From Candidatus Omnitrophota bacterium (lineage in GTDB: Bacteria > Omnitrophota > Gorgyraeia > Zapsychrales > Zapsychraceae), in assembly GCA_029261065.1 (NCBI GenBank), contig JAJDCB010000013.1:9868-73867 (forward strand): a DNA stretch of 64,000 nucleotides, read 5' to 3'. Under the pieces are notes generated by a model. The model saw only the letters and a program-made list of their open reading frames with translations. It was not told the DNA's origin and did no database searches. How positions within the stretch are numbered: the stretch's first letter is position 1; each line of letters opens with the position of its first letter. Shown one piece after another: positions 48,586 through 59,000 of this stretch. Both the position numbers and the translations under genes were made by a program.

Positions 48586-48982
48586 CAGACAAGTCTATAA
48601 GCCGAGTTTTGTTTAATTGTGGTTATTCAACTCACATTGGAAATTACTTATCCAACATCTTGCAGCCTACCCGGGAATTCAAACGAACCGGATCAATTCG
48701 TCCATACAACTAAAATAAACTCTGAGCTTCACCGTTTAATTGGCAAAGCTGGGAATTTATATAGTTAGTTATGGTCTTCCCCTATTTGGCCTTGCTCCAT
48801 ACAGAGATTGCTCGTTTCACTCTCCCATTCCAAAGAATAGGAGCATCGTCACTGTAGCTCTAGTCTTCTGTTAAAAGTCACCTCTTAACATATTCTGAAT
48901 TACCAGAATGCACTATCCTTCGGAGCTCGGACTTTCCTCCTTAACGTGCTAAAACGTCAAGGCAACCACTTTGACTTGCCTG
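48586..48982 (-). ncRNA. rnpB: RNase P RNA (bacterial, A-type-like catalytic domain)
   Basis: Minus strand GAGGAAAGTCCGAGCT ... GGAGCAAGGCCAAATAGG ... ACAAAACTCGGCTTAT (P4 halves); P1 CAGGCAAGTC/GACTTGTCTG; sits after the zinc-ribbon and rnhA genes. Confidence 0.95.
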
Positions 48983-49010
48983 TAAGTTTAGAAAAATTTT
49001 TAAAAAACTT

Positions 49011-49421
49011 CTAAACAACAGATTTATGTTTAAGAACAGAAGAAGCCAATTTATCAGCTTCCTTATTTTTTTCTCTAAGAACATGTTGAAGATCAACTGA
49101 TGAAAAATCCTGAATCAATTGTTTAACGCGATTGCACAGAGTTTTCATATTTTCGTGTTTAACTTTATATTGTCCCGTTACTTGTTTAAAAACAAGTTCA
49201 CTATCTGTATAAATTGTTAAAGACTGCGCTTTTAATATTTTTGCCTCTTCCAAGGCACATATTAATGCAGAATATTCGGCAATATTATTCGTCCCCTCTC
49301 CAATAGAACGGGAAACTTCTTTTATAACATCATTATTTTTTCGAATAACAACGCCAATCGCCGCTGGTCCAGGGTTTCCTGAACACGCACCATCAACATT
49401 AATCACAAACTCATCACTCAA
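49011..49421 (-). CDS. rnhA: Ribonuclease HI family protein
   Basis: VDGA..GNPGPA, TNN.AEY, TDSELV and RE.N..AD.LA (all four acidic catalytic residues present). Confidence 0.93.
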   Translation of the reverse strand: MSDEFVINVDGACSGNPGPAAIGVVIRKNNDVIKEVSRSIGEGTNNIAEYSALICALEEAKILKAQSLTIYTDSELVFKQVTGQYKVKHENMKTLCNRVKQLIQDFSSVDLQHVLREKNKEADKLASSVLKHKSVV

Positions 49422-50146
49422 TTTTCTTCCTCAAGATATAAAATTCTTGTACACATCTCACAACAAATCATCTCTTCTTGCATCCTTAGAGAATTAATCA
49501 TTTGCGGATTCAAATTAATAAAACAACCACCACACGAAGCTCCCGATAAAATAGGAACAATCGCAATACCTTGTTTATTATTTAGAATTTTTTCATATTT
49601 ATTTAGATAATTTGGATCAATCTCAGGAATAAGTTGATTGCGTTGGCCTTCTAAAACTTTAATACGATCTTCAATAACTTTAACATCCTCTTCTACTTGC
49701 TTTTTCGCACTTAAATATTTTTTTTCTTCTTCTGCCACATTCCCTTTTTCTTTATTAATATCTTCAGTAAGGGCATCAGAGTCATCCATAGATAATAAAA
49801 TTTTTTCTTCTAAGAGAGATTTATCAGCTTTGATATTTTCAATTTCACTTATTTTTGCAGAATATTCCTTATTTGTTTTAAGTGCAGAAAGCTGAGCATT
49901 AGATTTAGCAATTTGTTCTTCTCTGGTCTTTAAATCTAACTCTTTAGCTTTCCTATCTAAACTAAGGTTTTTTAAATTTCCTTCTAATTCATGCAACTTT
50001 GTCTTTTTTGATTCAAACAATTCTTTTAATGCTTCCACCTCTTTTGGCTTAAGAATAAGCTGCTCTTTAAGATGATAAACTTCACCGTCAATCTTTTGTA
50101 TCTCAATTAACTTTTTTATTTGATCTTTGACAGATATTTCTGGCAC
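49418..50146 (-). CDS. Coiled-coil C4-type zinc ribbon protein (CT398/DUF164-like)
   Basis: L..lQ.lD, a long coiled coil, and C.GC...C..C.RILY. Confidence 0.93.
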   Translation of the reverse strand: MPEISVKDQIKKLIEIQKIDGEVYHLKEQLILKPKEVEALKELFESKKTKLHELEGNLKNLSLDRKAKELDLKTREEQIAKSNAQLSALKTNKEYSAKISEIENIKADKSLLEEKILLSMDDSDALTEDINKEKGNVAEEEKKYLSAKKQVEEDVKVIEDRIKVLEGQRNQLIPEIDPNYLNKYEKILNNKQGIAIVPILSGASCGGCFINLNPQMINSLRMQEEMICCEMCTRILYLEEEN

Positions 50147-50192
50147 CGGATTATCCTTTATTGACAGTTAATAAACTTTCCTACTTTAAGTC

Positions 50193-50266
50193 TGGGCCCA
50201 CAGGGACTCGAACCCCGCACCAATTGATTATGAGTCAACTGCTCTAACCGACTGAGCTATGGGCCC
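50193..50266 (-). tRNA. tRNA with CAT anticodon, most likely tRNA-Ile2 (lysidine)
   Basis: GGGCCCATAGCTCAGTCGGTTAGAGCAGTTGACTCATAATCAATTGGTGCGGGGTTCGAGTCCCTGTGGGCCCA forms a full cloverleaf. It has no initiator features and has C4-G69/C5-G68 pairs; CCA is not encoded. Confidence 0.93.
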
Positions 50267-50343
50267 CAAATACACGAAAACTAAGGCTGTACTAGGAGAC
50301 GGCCTAAAACTTATGCTCTTTTTTGTCACAAATTTTGAACTCT

Positions 50344-50372
50344 AGAATAACACAACGATCTGCCCTTTTCAA
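50344..50372 (-). promoter_or_regulatory. Predicted sigma70 promoter for the tRNA-zinc ribbon-rnhA-rnpB unit
   Basis: Minus strand TTGAAA-17 bp-TATTCT with extended TGn. Confidence 0.6.
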
Positions 50373-50533
50373 TAGATTTCAATTGACATCTATTTAGGCA
50401 AAAAGTCCATTATTTATAACACGTTAGGGAGTTTTTGTTGATAATTCTTGAATGTGAAAAGGAGCTGATGAATCAGCCAGAATTGGACCTTTCTTATTAC
50501 AATTGACAGACTTAAATCAAAGGCCCTTCACCA

Positions 50534-51361
50534 CTAGCGCGTCACATCAACTTTTAATCGGGCTGTTGGATAAACGCCTTTATATTTTAATGCATATGTA
50601 CAAAGAATGTTAAATTCATTAGGTGAAAACACAGCCGGAGCACTAAATTTTTTGGTTAATGATTCTTTTGGCTTAATAATAACCGTTCTTTTATACTCCG
50701 ATTTATGAGCAATAGCCTCATCTTCCCACTGATCTGTATTAAATAAAAATGATAGTGTTTTTTTGCTTAAAGCCTTAACGCGTAAACTATTTTTTGAAGG
50801 ATTATGTAAAATAACATCAAATTTAATAACTTCGCCCACTTTATACTCCGCCTTTACAGGAACAAGAGAAAACTCAAAAGGCAATTTCTTGCTCTGTGCA
50901 TCACTTAAAAGTAAGGCATTATTCTGAATAACCTCATTCAAATTAAACTGAGAGGATCTCATTTTATTCTTATAATAGGCTACTATTTTTAGATCCAACA
51001 ACAAAAATTCATACTGAAAGGGCCTGTCTTTCGATGAGTATCTTCGTTTAGCATTTATTGGATCAATCGTTAAAGCAAAAGTAAACTTACGAGATTGATT
51101 TAAATCGTCAAACATTTCTTTTTCATAAACAATTTCATTTATACCATATTCATTCTCATGCATATGAGACTCATTAAAGGCATCCAATTCTTCATACTTC
51201 TCCTTAACAGCAAAAATATCATCATAAATAAGCTGCATAACTTCATTGGAAAGTTTTTGCATCTCTTCATCAACGACGAGAGTCTCAGCTGAAAGATTAG
51301 AACACAAAAAAAGAAAAATTAAAAAACTAAATATCTTTTTAATCATAAGATCACACCTCAC
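50534..51361 (-). CDS. Secreted hypothetical protein with a C-terminal Ig-like beta-sandwich
   Basis: Signal peptide (MIKKIFSFLIFLFLCSNLSA); Y.vGE.I.F.V.L.N.S....iKP.ES pattern. Confidence 0.75.
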   Translation of the reverse strand: MRCDLMIKKIFSFLIFLFLCSNLSAETLVVDEEMQKLSNEVMQLIYDDIFAVKEKYEELDAFNESHMHENEYGINEIVYEKEMFDDLNQSRKFTFALTIDPINAKRRYSSKDRPFQYEFLLLDLKIVAYYKNKMRSSQFNLNEVIQNNALLLSDAQSKKLPFEFSLVPVKAEYKVGEVIKFDVILHNPSKNSLRVKALSKKTLSFLFNTDQWEDEAIAHKSEYKRTVIIKPKESLTKKFSAPAVFSPNEFNILCTYALKYKGVYPTARLKVDVTR

Positions 51362-51382
51362 TTACCTTATTTATACTTACAG

Positions 51383-51415
51383 CAAAGAAGGCCCACTCAT
51401 CAAAAAGTGGGCCTT
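51383..51415 (-). terminator. Probable terminator after rpoD
   Basis: 10-bp stem AAGGCCCACT/AGTGGGCCTT with an 8-nt loop and a short T tail. Confidence 0.55.
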
Positions 51416-51445
51416 TGTTACGAATCTTTACCTAAGAGCAGACAC

Positions 51446-53032
51446 TTAAATGATTTCGTCTTCTTTAGCTGCCATATCCAAAAACTGTTTAACACGTCGA
51501 GATCTTGTTGGATGACGCAATTTTCGAAGGGCCTTAGATTCAATTTGACGAACACGTTCTCTTGTTACGTTAAATTCGCTACCAACCTCTTCTAGAGTTC
51601 TTGTTGTCCCATCAGCAATTCCAAAACGAAGTTCAAGAATTTTTCGCTCCCGCTCATCTAGTGTATTTAAAACATTTGTAATTTCATCTTTAAGCATCGA
51701 CTGTAATGTGGCATTTGCCGGTGATACCGCTTTTTTATCTTCTATAAAATCCCCAAAGTGCGTATCACCTTCATCACCAATAGGTGTTTGTAACGAAATA
51801 GGTACCTGAGAAATCTTTAATATTTCTTTAACCTTTAAAACAGGAATTCGCATCTGCTTAGCAATTTCCTGAGCCGTTGGTTCTCGTCCGTATTCTTGAA
51901 CAAATAAACGAGAGACACGAATAATTTTATTAATTGTTTCTGTCATGTGAACTGGAATACGAATCGTTCTTGCTTGATCGGCAATAGAACGCGTAATCGC
52001 TTGTCGAATCCACCATGTGGCATATGTAGAAAATTTATAACCACGTTTGTATTCGAATTTTTCAACCGCTCGGATTAACCCCATATTCCCTTCTTGAATC
52101 AAATCAAGAAAAGATAATCCGCGATTGATATATTTTTTGGCAATACTAACAACCAATCTAAGGTTCGCCTCAACTAACAGCTTCTTAGCTTTATTAAATT
52201 TAGATTGGCGAAGCTTAATAACACGCAACAACTCTTTAATTACTTTAACAGACTGACCTAACTCTTTTTCAATCTGAAGCTTTTCCTTCTTTAAGGCCTT
52301 AATATCAATATTCTTCTTCTTACCCTTTAACGTTCTTGTTATCTTTTCAAGCCGATCCATTCTCAGCAATATTTGAATAACAAGCTTCTCGTTAAAAGCA
52401 GCCGTTAACTTAAAAGCAGCAAGTAACGTAGCTGACTGATCAGTCCCTACTCGTGTTCGTGCAATCTTCTCTCTTAAACCTTTTAGCTCTTTTAATAGCT
52501 TAGATCTTCTCTCAAGCTCATCCTTAATGATATCTTCAACGTTAATCTCTTCATTAAGAACCCGTGCTATGGCTTTTAAGGCTTCTTTACGAGCAAACGC
52601 CGATTTATACAGCGCTTCGGCAAACTTAATTTCTGCCTCTTCAATACGTTTGGCCAAATTAATTTCATTCTCTCTTGATAATAGGGGTATAGAACCCATT
52701 TGTTTTAAGTACATCTTAACGGGGTCATCTAGAGGGATAAATTTATCAGAATAGACATCGTCTTCTTTATTTTCTTCGCGTACACGTCTGACTTCCTGCT
52801 CTCGTGTTTCTTTCTTCAAAGAGCCTTTATTCTCGCCATCATCAGATTCGACAACTTTTATATCTTTTCCATCTAAGACATCAAACACCTTATCTATCTC
52901 TTCTGAAGAATCGACCGTTTCTGAAAGAGCCTCATTAACTTCATCATAAGTTAAAAATCCCTTTTTCTTACCCAACAAGACCAACTTTTCTATGTCTTGT
53001 TTGATATCATGTTTTGCTTTTGGTGTTTTCAT
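51446..53032 (-). CDS. rpoD: RNA polymerase primary sigma factor
   Basis: Region 1.1 ([13 protein letters not shown]), [37 protein letters not shown] and [18 protein letters not shown]. Confidence 0.98.
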   Translation of the reverse strand: MKTPKAKHDIKQDIEKLVLLGKKKGFLTYDEVNEALSETVDSSEEIDKVFDVLDGKDIKVVESDDGENKGSLKKETREQEVRRVREENKEDDVYSDKFIPLDDPVKMYLKQMGSIPLLSRENEINLAKRIEEAEIKFAEALYKSAFARKEALKAIARVLNEEINVEDIIKDELERRSKLLKELKGLREKIARTRVGTDQSATLLAAFKLTAAFNEKLVIQILLRMDRLEKITRTLKGKKKNIDIKALKKEKLQIEKELGQSVKVIKELLRVIKLRQSKFNKAKKLLVEANLRLVVSIAKKYINRGLSFLDLIQEGNMGLIRAVEKFEYKRGYKFSTYATWWIRQAITRSIADQARTIRIPVHMTETINKIIRVSRLFVQEYGREPTAQEIAKQMRIPVLKVKEILKISQVPISLQTPIGDEGDTHFGDFIEDKKAVSPANATLQSMLKDEITNVLNTLDERERKILELRFGIADGTTRTLEEVGSEFNVTRERVRQIESKALRKLRHPTRSRRVKQFLDMAAKEDEII

Positions 53033-53105
53033 CTTTTCTCCATTTTCTAAATTTATTTTTGATTCTTAAAAAAATCTGTATACTCAGTCAAATATCTTTA
53101 ATCAG

Positions 53106-54899
53106 TTACAATTTGACAGTATTATTAAATTGTTCTTTTAAACTATGCAATCTTTCTTGATCGCCCATCCTTTCTGCTTCTTTTATCTGTAAAAGCAAAT
53201 CACCTCTTTGCTTCTTAAGTCTATTTTTCTTCATACGCGAAATACAATCTTCATACATCTTCTTCTTGTCCAATACAACCATACGCTCATCATTGACAAT
53301 TTCCGATATCATATGTTGAATATCGTCTTCTTGAAAACTATTCAACAGACTATGCGTACTAATCATTTTTTCCGTTTCAAAAATCTCATAAATCTTCGAC
53401 ATAACTTTACGAATATTTTCATCCGCAAAATCTGAAACACTTATTTCTTCTTTGGCGGTCGCAAAGAGTGATTCATCCTCTAAAATAAGCTTTAGTATAT
53501 TTCGCTCAACACACCTAGACGAATGAATTACTCTAAGATTAGCTTTCTTTGCCGGTTCCTGTGCACTTCTCCAGCTCGTCTTATGCGTCTTATTAAACTC
53601 TTCCGTTAAGGCCGCCTCGGAAACATCAAACATCTTCTCTAACTTTTTTAAATATCCGGAACGAACAACCGCATTCTTATAAGACTTAATCGTCGGTAGC
53701 ATGCGCTCAATAAGCTCCGACTTACCTTCAACCGTGTCCGTATTTATTTTTTTCTGCAAAACACTAACTTTATAATCAAAGAGCAGTTGAGCCTGATCGA
53801 TTTGACTTCTAAATTGCTCAACACCTTTATTTTTTATAAATGAATCTGGATCTTCACCTGTTGGAAGAGATGCGACCTTAACAACCATGTCTTCTTCAAG
53901 CAACATATCTAAACTTCGCATCATTGCCGACTCACCAGCCTCATCCATATCAAATAACATAACCACATTCTTTGTATAACGTCTAACAAGCCTTATCTGT
54001 GACGGTGTTAAAGCCGTTCCTAAAGAAGCAACGACAGGCAAAAAACCTGCTTGTTGCGGCATAAGGGCATCCATATAACCCTCAACAATGACGACAAAAT
54101 CTTGCTTTGCCATCTCTTCTTTAGCCAAATGAAATCCATAAAGATGATCACCTTTCACATAAACTTTTGTTTCAGGTGAATTGATGTACTTGGCTGAAAT
54201 TTTATCTGTAGAGTTTTGAGCGCCTTCTAACAACCGTGCACCGAACGCTCGAACCTCTCCTCGTGTATCAAAGATCGGAAATATAATTCTATTTCTAAAA
54301 CGATCATAATAGCCTTGGCTCGAATCTTTCTTAATGAGAAGGCCACAATTTTCTAACAAATCATTTGGAAGGGATAATTGCTGTAATTTTTTATATAAGC
54401 TGTCCCATGTGTTTAGGGCACATCCTAAACGAAATTTTTTTACTGCATCTAAACTAACGCCGCGCTTCTTTAAATACTGACGAGCAATTTCGGATTCAGA
54501 ACTTTTATCATCCAGCAAATTATTATGAAAAAAATCTAAGGCTACATGATTAACTTTAAGTATCTCATGAAAAATACTTGAGTCGGCTGAATCTCGCGCA
54601 TCATTTTCTGGAATTTCTACATTTACTTTCGCAGCAAGATAACGAATGGCTTCGGGAAAGACCAAATGATCCTGTTTCATAACAAATGAAACAACATTAC
54701 CTCCTACACCGCATCCAAAACAATGAAAGATTTGTTTATTTGGATTAACAACAAAAGAAGGCGTCTTTTCATTATGAAACGGGCATGGAGCTTTAAAGTT
54801 CTGGCCAGTCTTCTTTAATGGAATGTAACTGCCAATGACATCGACGATGTCACAGCGTTCGATCACCTGTGTAACGATATCTTCTGGAATCAAGCCCAT
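53106..54899 (-). CDS. dnaG: DNA primase
   Basis: CPFH.EKTPSF..CFGC zinc finger, DRFRNRIIFP, KYINSPET and VEGYMD TOPRIM (FD.D.AG). Confidence 0.98.
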   Translation of the reverse strand: MGLIPEDIVTQVIERCDIVDVIGSYIPLKKTGQNFKAPCPFHNEKTPSFVVNPNKQIFHCFGCGVGGNVVSFVMKQDHLVFPEAIRYLAAKVNVEIPENDARDSADSSIFHEILKVNHVALDFFHNNLLDDKSSESEIARQYLKKRGVSLDAVKKFRLGCALNTWDSLYKKLQQLSLPNDLLENCGLLIKKDSSQGYYDRFRNRIIFPIFDTRGEVRAFGARLLEGAQNSTDKISAKYINSPETKVYVKGDHLYGFHLAKEEMAKQDFVVIVEGYMDALMPQQAGFLPVVASLGTALTPSQIRLVRRYTKNVVMLFDMDEAGESAMMRSLDMLLEEDMVVKVASLPTGEDPDSFIKNKGVEQFRSQIDQAQLLFDYKVSVLQKKINTDTVEGKSELIERMLPTIKSYKNAVVRSGYLKKLEKMFDVSEAALTEEFNKTHKTSWRSAQEPAKKANLRVIHSSRCVERNILKLILEDESLFATAKEEISVSDFADENIRKVMSKIYEIFETEKMISTHSLLNSFQEDDIQHMISEIVNDERMVVLDKKKMYEDCISRMKKNRLKKQRGDLLLQIKEAERMGDQERLHSLKEQFNNTVKL

Positions 54900-55031
54900 T
54901 GATTACCAACTCCCCTTATAAGCCCATAAAACAAAAATTCTTTTCTCCAAACCCATGTGAAAAAATACAATTGCACATAAATTTCTCAAAATCTTTAACA
55001 TAACGTTTTCAAAGAACTTTCCCTTAAACCT

Positions 55032-55601
55032 CTACTCATCATCCTCAACTTCCTCTTCCTTTTCAACAACTAAAAACGGCTTTTTATTTATTTCTTCTGC
55101 AAAAAAAATGCTCGAAATAAACTGATGATGAACAAACTTATATGTAGCAACTGGACCTTGAGCACAAAGGGCAAAACTTAGAGAGTTTTTTGTATTTTTA
55201 ACAATAAAAATATTGCCTGTCAAAAGGACTAAAAATACAGCCATTCCGCCGAGCCAATACATACGTATATAAGAAAAGAACAAGCCGAGATATCTGTCTA
55301 ACTTTGCTTTAAGTTTAAAATTTAAAATATCAAACCAACTGTCAGCTACAACAACAAATAGACAATAAATCCCAAATGACATCAAACAAAAAGCAAAAAA
55401 ATCAGAAATCTCCTGGGGGATAAAAAATCTCTTATTAAAGAATTCCCCCAAGGAACTATAATAGTGCATGGTGACACATATGGAAATAAACAAACCAATG
55501 AGTTTAAAGAACTCCACAAACATCCCGCTCTTCTTTGCATCCGTATAAACTCTAACAATTATAATAACAAATAAAAGATCAACCCAACCGAGAGGTAACA
55601 T
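55032..55601 (-). CDS. CvpA family membrane protein
   Basis: WVD.l...........G...Ef..l.G and DR.LG..F...R; 4-5 TM segments; lies upstream of dnaG. Confidence 0.78.
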   Translation of the reverse strand: MLPLGWVDLLFVIIIVRVYTDAKKSGMFVEFFKLIGLFISICVTMHYYSSLGEFFNKRFFIPQEISDFFAFCLMSFGIYCLFVVVADSWFDILNFKLKAKLDRYLGLFFSYIRMYWLGGMAVFLVLLTGNIFIVKNTKNSLSFALCAQGPVATYKFVHHQFISSIFFAEEINKKPFLVVEKEEEVEDDE

Positions 55602-55642
55602 AAATAATCCTATTTATTATAATTATGGTCTGAAGTCGTAAA

Positions 55643-55671
55643 AGTATAACACACGCCTATTTGGGTGTCAA
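55643..55671 (-). promoter_or_regulatory. Near-consensus sigma70 promoter for cvpA-dnaG-rpoD
   Basis: Minus strand TTGACA-17 bp-TATACT with extended TGn. Confidence 0.75.
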
Positions 55672-56073
55672 GAAAGCGCTCCCCTCTTACGAATTTAATT
55701 TAAATGTACGTAAAACATTGAAATGTATAAACTTACAAATCTACATCTCAAGCTACTTTTAAGCTATTTTCATGAAAAATCAACTTCTCTTATCTAGCTT
55801 TGAATCCTTAAGCTTTATTTTTCAATACTTTGCGAAACAAACAACAATAAAAAACGTAAGTCTTTTAATACCAACATGTTATTATCAAACAAAAAGAAAA
55901 TCTACCATCTTATTAACAAACACATGTAAATAACAAGTGAAACTCTTGTAAATTTCTTTCAATTAATTTCACATAAGGGTCATAAGTGGGTGTCTTTACA
56001 GAGGTGATGGGTTTCAAGCCTATGACTCAATTTGCAGCAAAAAGGTGTGATAATTTAAAGCTAAATAATGAGC

Positions 56074-59000
56074 TTAAACTCCTGCGGGAACGGCATCCGT
56101 TTCTTTTTCGTTCTTCTCAGAGAAATCAACAGAGACCAATCGTGAACAGCCTGTCTCAGGCATGGTCACACCATACATGACATCAGCATGAGACATGGTC
56201 TTCTTATTATGTGTGATAATAATAAACTGCGCGATATTAGCAAACTCTTTTAATAAATAGCTAAATCGCCCAACATTCGCTTCATCAAGAGCGGCATCAA
56301 TTTCATCAAGGACACAAAATGGACTTGGATTAACTTTAAAGACACCAAAAATCAAGGCAATTGCTGTTAACGTCTTCTCTCCACCAGACAACAAACTAAT
56401 ACTTTGCAATTTTTTTCCAGGAGGACGAGCAACAATATCAATTCCAGATTCTAAAACATTTTCTGGATCCAACAAAACCAACTGCGCCTCACCACCACCA
56501 AATAACATCCGATAATAAATACGAAACTCTTCACTCACTCGTGTAAAGGTATCCATAAATTTCTGACGTGTCGCTCGATTTATTTTATTGATCGTACTCA
56601 TCAACTGAGATTTCGCTTCCAGCAAATCACTTTGTTGTTTTGTTAAGAATTCAAATCTTTCTTTTAATTCTTCATATTCTTCTATCGCTACCAAATTCAC
56701 ACTTCCAAACGAATCGCATTTCTTACGAAGTTTTTCTAATTGAAACTTGATCTCATCGATATTCTCTGCCGTCACAACAATCTCTTCTTCTACCCTTTTC
56801 GTCTGCTTCTTATCTTGCGCTTTAAGTCCAGCAAGGGCGGATTTTAACTGTTCATCTTCGTCTTGCCCTTGAGCCGTTTCTTCTTGCTGCGGCTCATCAC
56901 CTTGACTCTCATCAGATGAAGCTTCTTCTTTAACAGGCAAATTATCCAAATCCAATTTATACGCTTGTAATAATCGATCCTTAATACCTCTTTCGCTAAA
57001 CTCTAACTCTTGTTCTTTCATCTGACTGTCATGCAGTTCCTTCTTTATCTTAATAATCTCTTCCTCGATCGCATCAATATTTGTTCTCACACCACCAATA
57101 CGAATAGAAACATCTTCCTTTTGCGTCTGATATTCACTTAACACACTTTCAATAGATTCTTTATTCCTTTTTAGTTCATCAATAGCATCTATCCATTCAT
57201 CGATCTCATCTTTAAACTGTTGACGTTTTGCTTGAAAAGAAGAAACCTCTTCATCAATTTTATTAATTTCTTCAAGCCAACCATCAAGTGTCTCTGTAAA
57301 AATTTTTTGATTATCTTCAAGATTGGCATACTTATCATTTTTCGCTTGAATTTCTGTTTCAAGTTGAGCTGTTGTAATGGCAATGGATTCTCGTGTGGCT
57401 GCATTTTCTGCAATGCCATCTTGTTGTTTGCGAATATCATTTTGACACCAGGATAATTCTTGATTAACCGTATCTATTTCATAATTTAACTCTTCTTCCT
57501 GCTTCTTAAAAGAAGCTAACGTTTCATTGACCTCGTCAAGCTCAGAATCAACAAGATCTATCTCCCCCTTTAGTTTCTGCGCTTCTTCAATAATGTCTTT
57601 TTTCTGCGCCTCCAATATGGAATAGGCTTTTTCTTTGGTTTGAATTTCATGCAAAAAATACTCACACGATTCATTTTGTTTATTCAAATGCTCTTGCAAC
57701 TCTGCTTGTCGTCCTTCTAAACTCTCAATCTCTCTTGAAATTTCTTCGATCTTTAAAGTAATTTGTTGAGGGTCAAGCTCTATAAACTTAGTCTCACAAA
57801 CAATCTCATAAAGTTGCACAGGATTAAAATCAGAAGAATCCATACCCAATTGATTAAGACGTTGATGTCCAATGGGCGCCACTTCTTTTACTTTTCCGAT
57901 GATACCCGTATGATGATCTAAAGGTGGGGTTTGCGTTATAAGGCGTCCTTCAATAATCGGATCAGGAATATCTTTATACTGCGCATGCATTTTTTCGATA
58001 AATTCTTTCTGACTCTTTAAAAACAATTTCTGCTTCTCTTGATCATCAATCTCCTCTTCTATACTTTCCAACCATAATTTCAGCTCGTTTAAAACATGAT
58101 CATGATGCGACTTTGTAATCTTAAGCTCACAAATACTTCCCTGGAGACTATTAATTTGATAATCCATGTTCTTAGACTTCATATCGATTTCTTGCTTTTC
58201 ATTTGAAACCTTATCATTCTCAAACTCTAACCTTCTCTTTCGCGCTAACCCTCCTTGAATCTCCTTCATAATGTCCGTCAATCTATTACGAATATGCACC
58301 TGTTTAGAAGTTAACCCTAAAATTTTCTCTTCATGATCTTTTATTTTTTCTTTGGATTCTCGAATAATTCTTTCAATATCAGACTGCTCTTGTTTACTTT
58401 GTTCCAAACGTGACTTATCGGCTTCCACCTCTTCTTTTAAGACAGCGACCTCTTGCTTTAACGTCTCAAGCTTATCTTGCTGCGTTTTACAACGCACAAT
58501 AAGCTGCTCTTTTTGATCAACGGATTTCTTTTCATTTTCATTCATCGACGCGATGCGTTCTTCATTAAAAGAAATTTGACGATTATTTAAATCAATTTGA
58601 CCCTCTAGCTTAATTTCCTCGGCATGAACCTCATTAATTTTCTGTTCAATCTCTGCAATAAACTGTGTTTCGTTCTCCAACAACTGATTTAGCTCTTCTA
58701 ATTCCTTTGTTAACTGAATATCTTTTTCTTTATGAGACTCGACTAACTCCTGAATCGCAAATTTTCTTCCTGAAAATGTTCCCAACTCATACTGCGCCAT
58801 CTTCACTTCTATATCTTTTAGTTTTTCATATTCAACTTTATATTTTCTAGCCTTATTCGCTTGCCGTTCGATAGAACCAATTTGTCTTTTAACTTCCGTC
58901 GTAATATCCGTAACTCTTAGTAAATTATTATCAGCATCTTTTAGTTTATTAAGAGCCTCTTTTTTCTTTGTTTTATATTTCGTAATACCTGAGGCTTCAT

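Noticed and set aside
50193-51361. tRNA as an integration site for a genomic island
   Set aside because: No integrase and no duplicated tRNA 3' end were seen; the genes 3' of the tRNA are core.
55680-56070. AT-rich gap of about 400 bp with TTATTAACA and TGTAAATAA as a possible oriC or DnaA-box cluster
   Set aside because: Only degenerate boxes expected by chance in AT-rich DNA, no perfect TTATCCACA, no dnaA/dnaN nearby and no switch in gene orientation.
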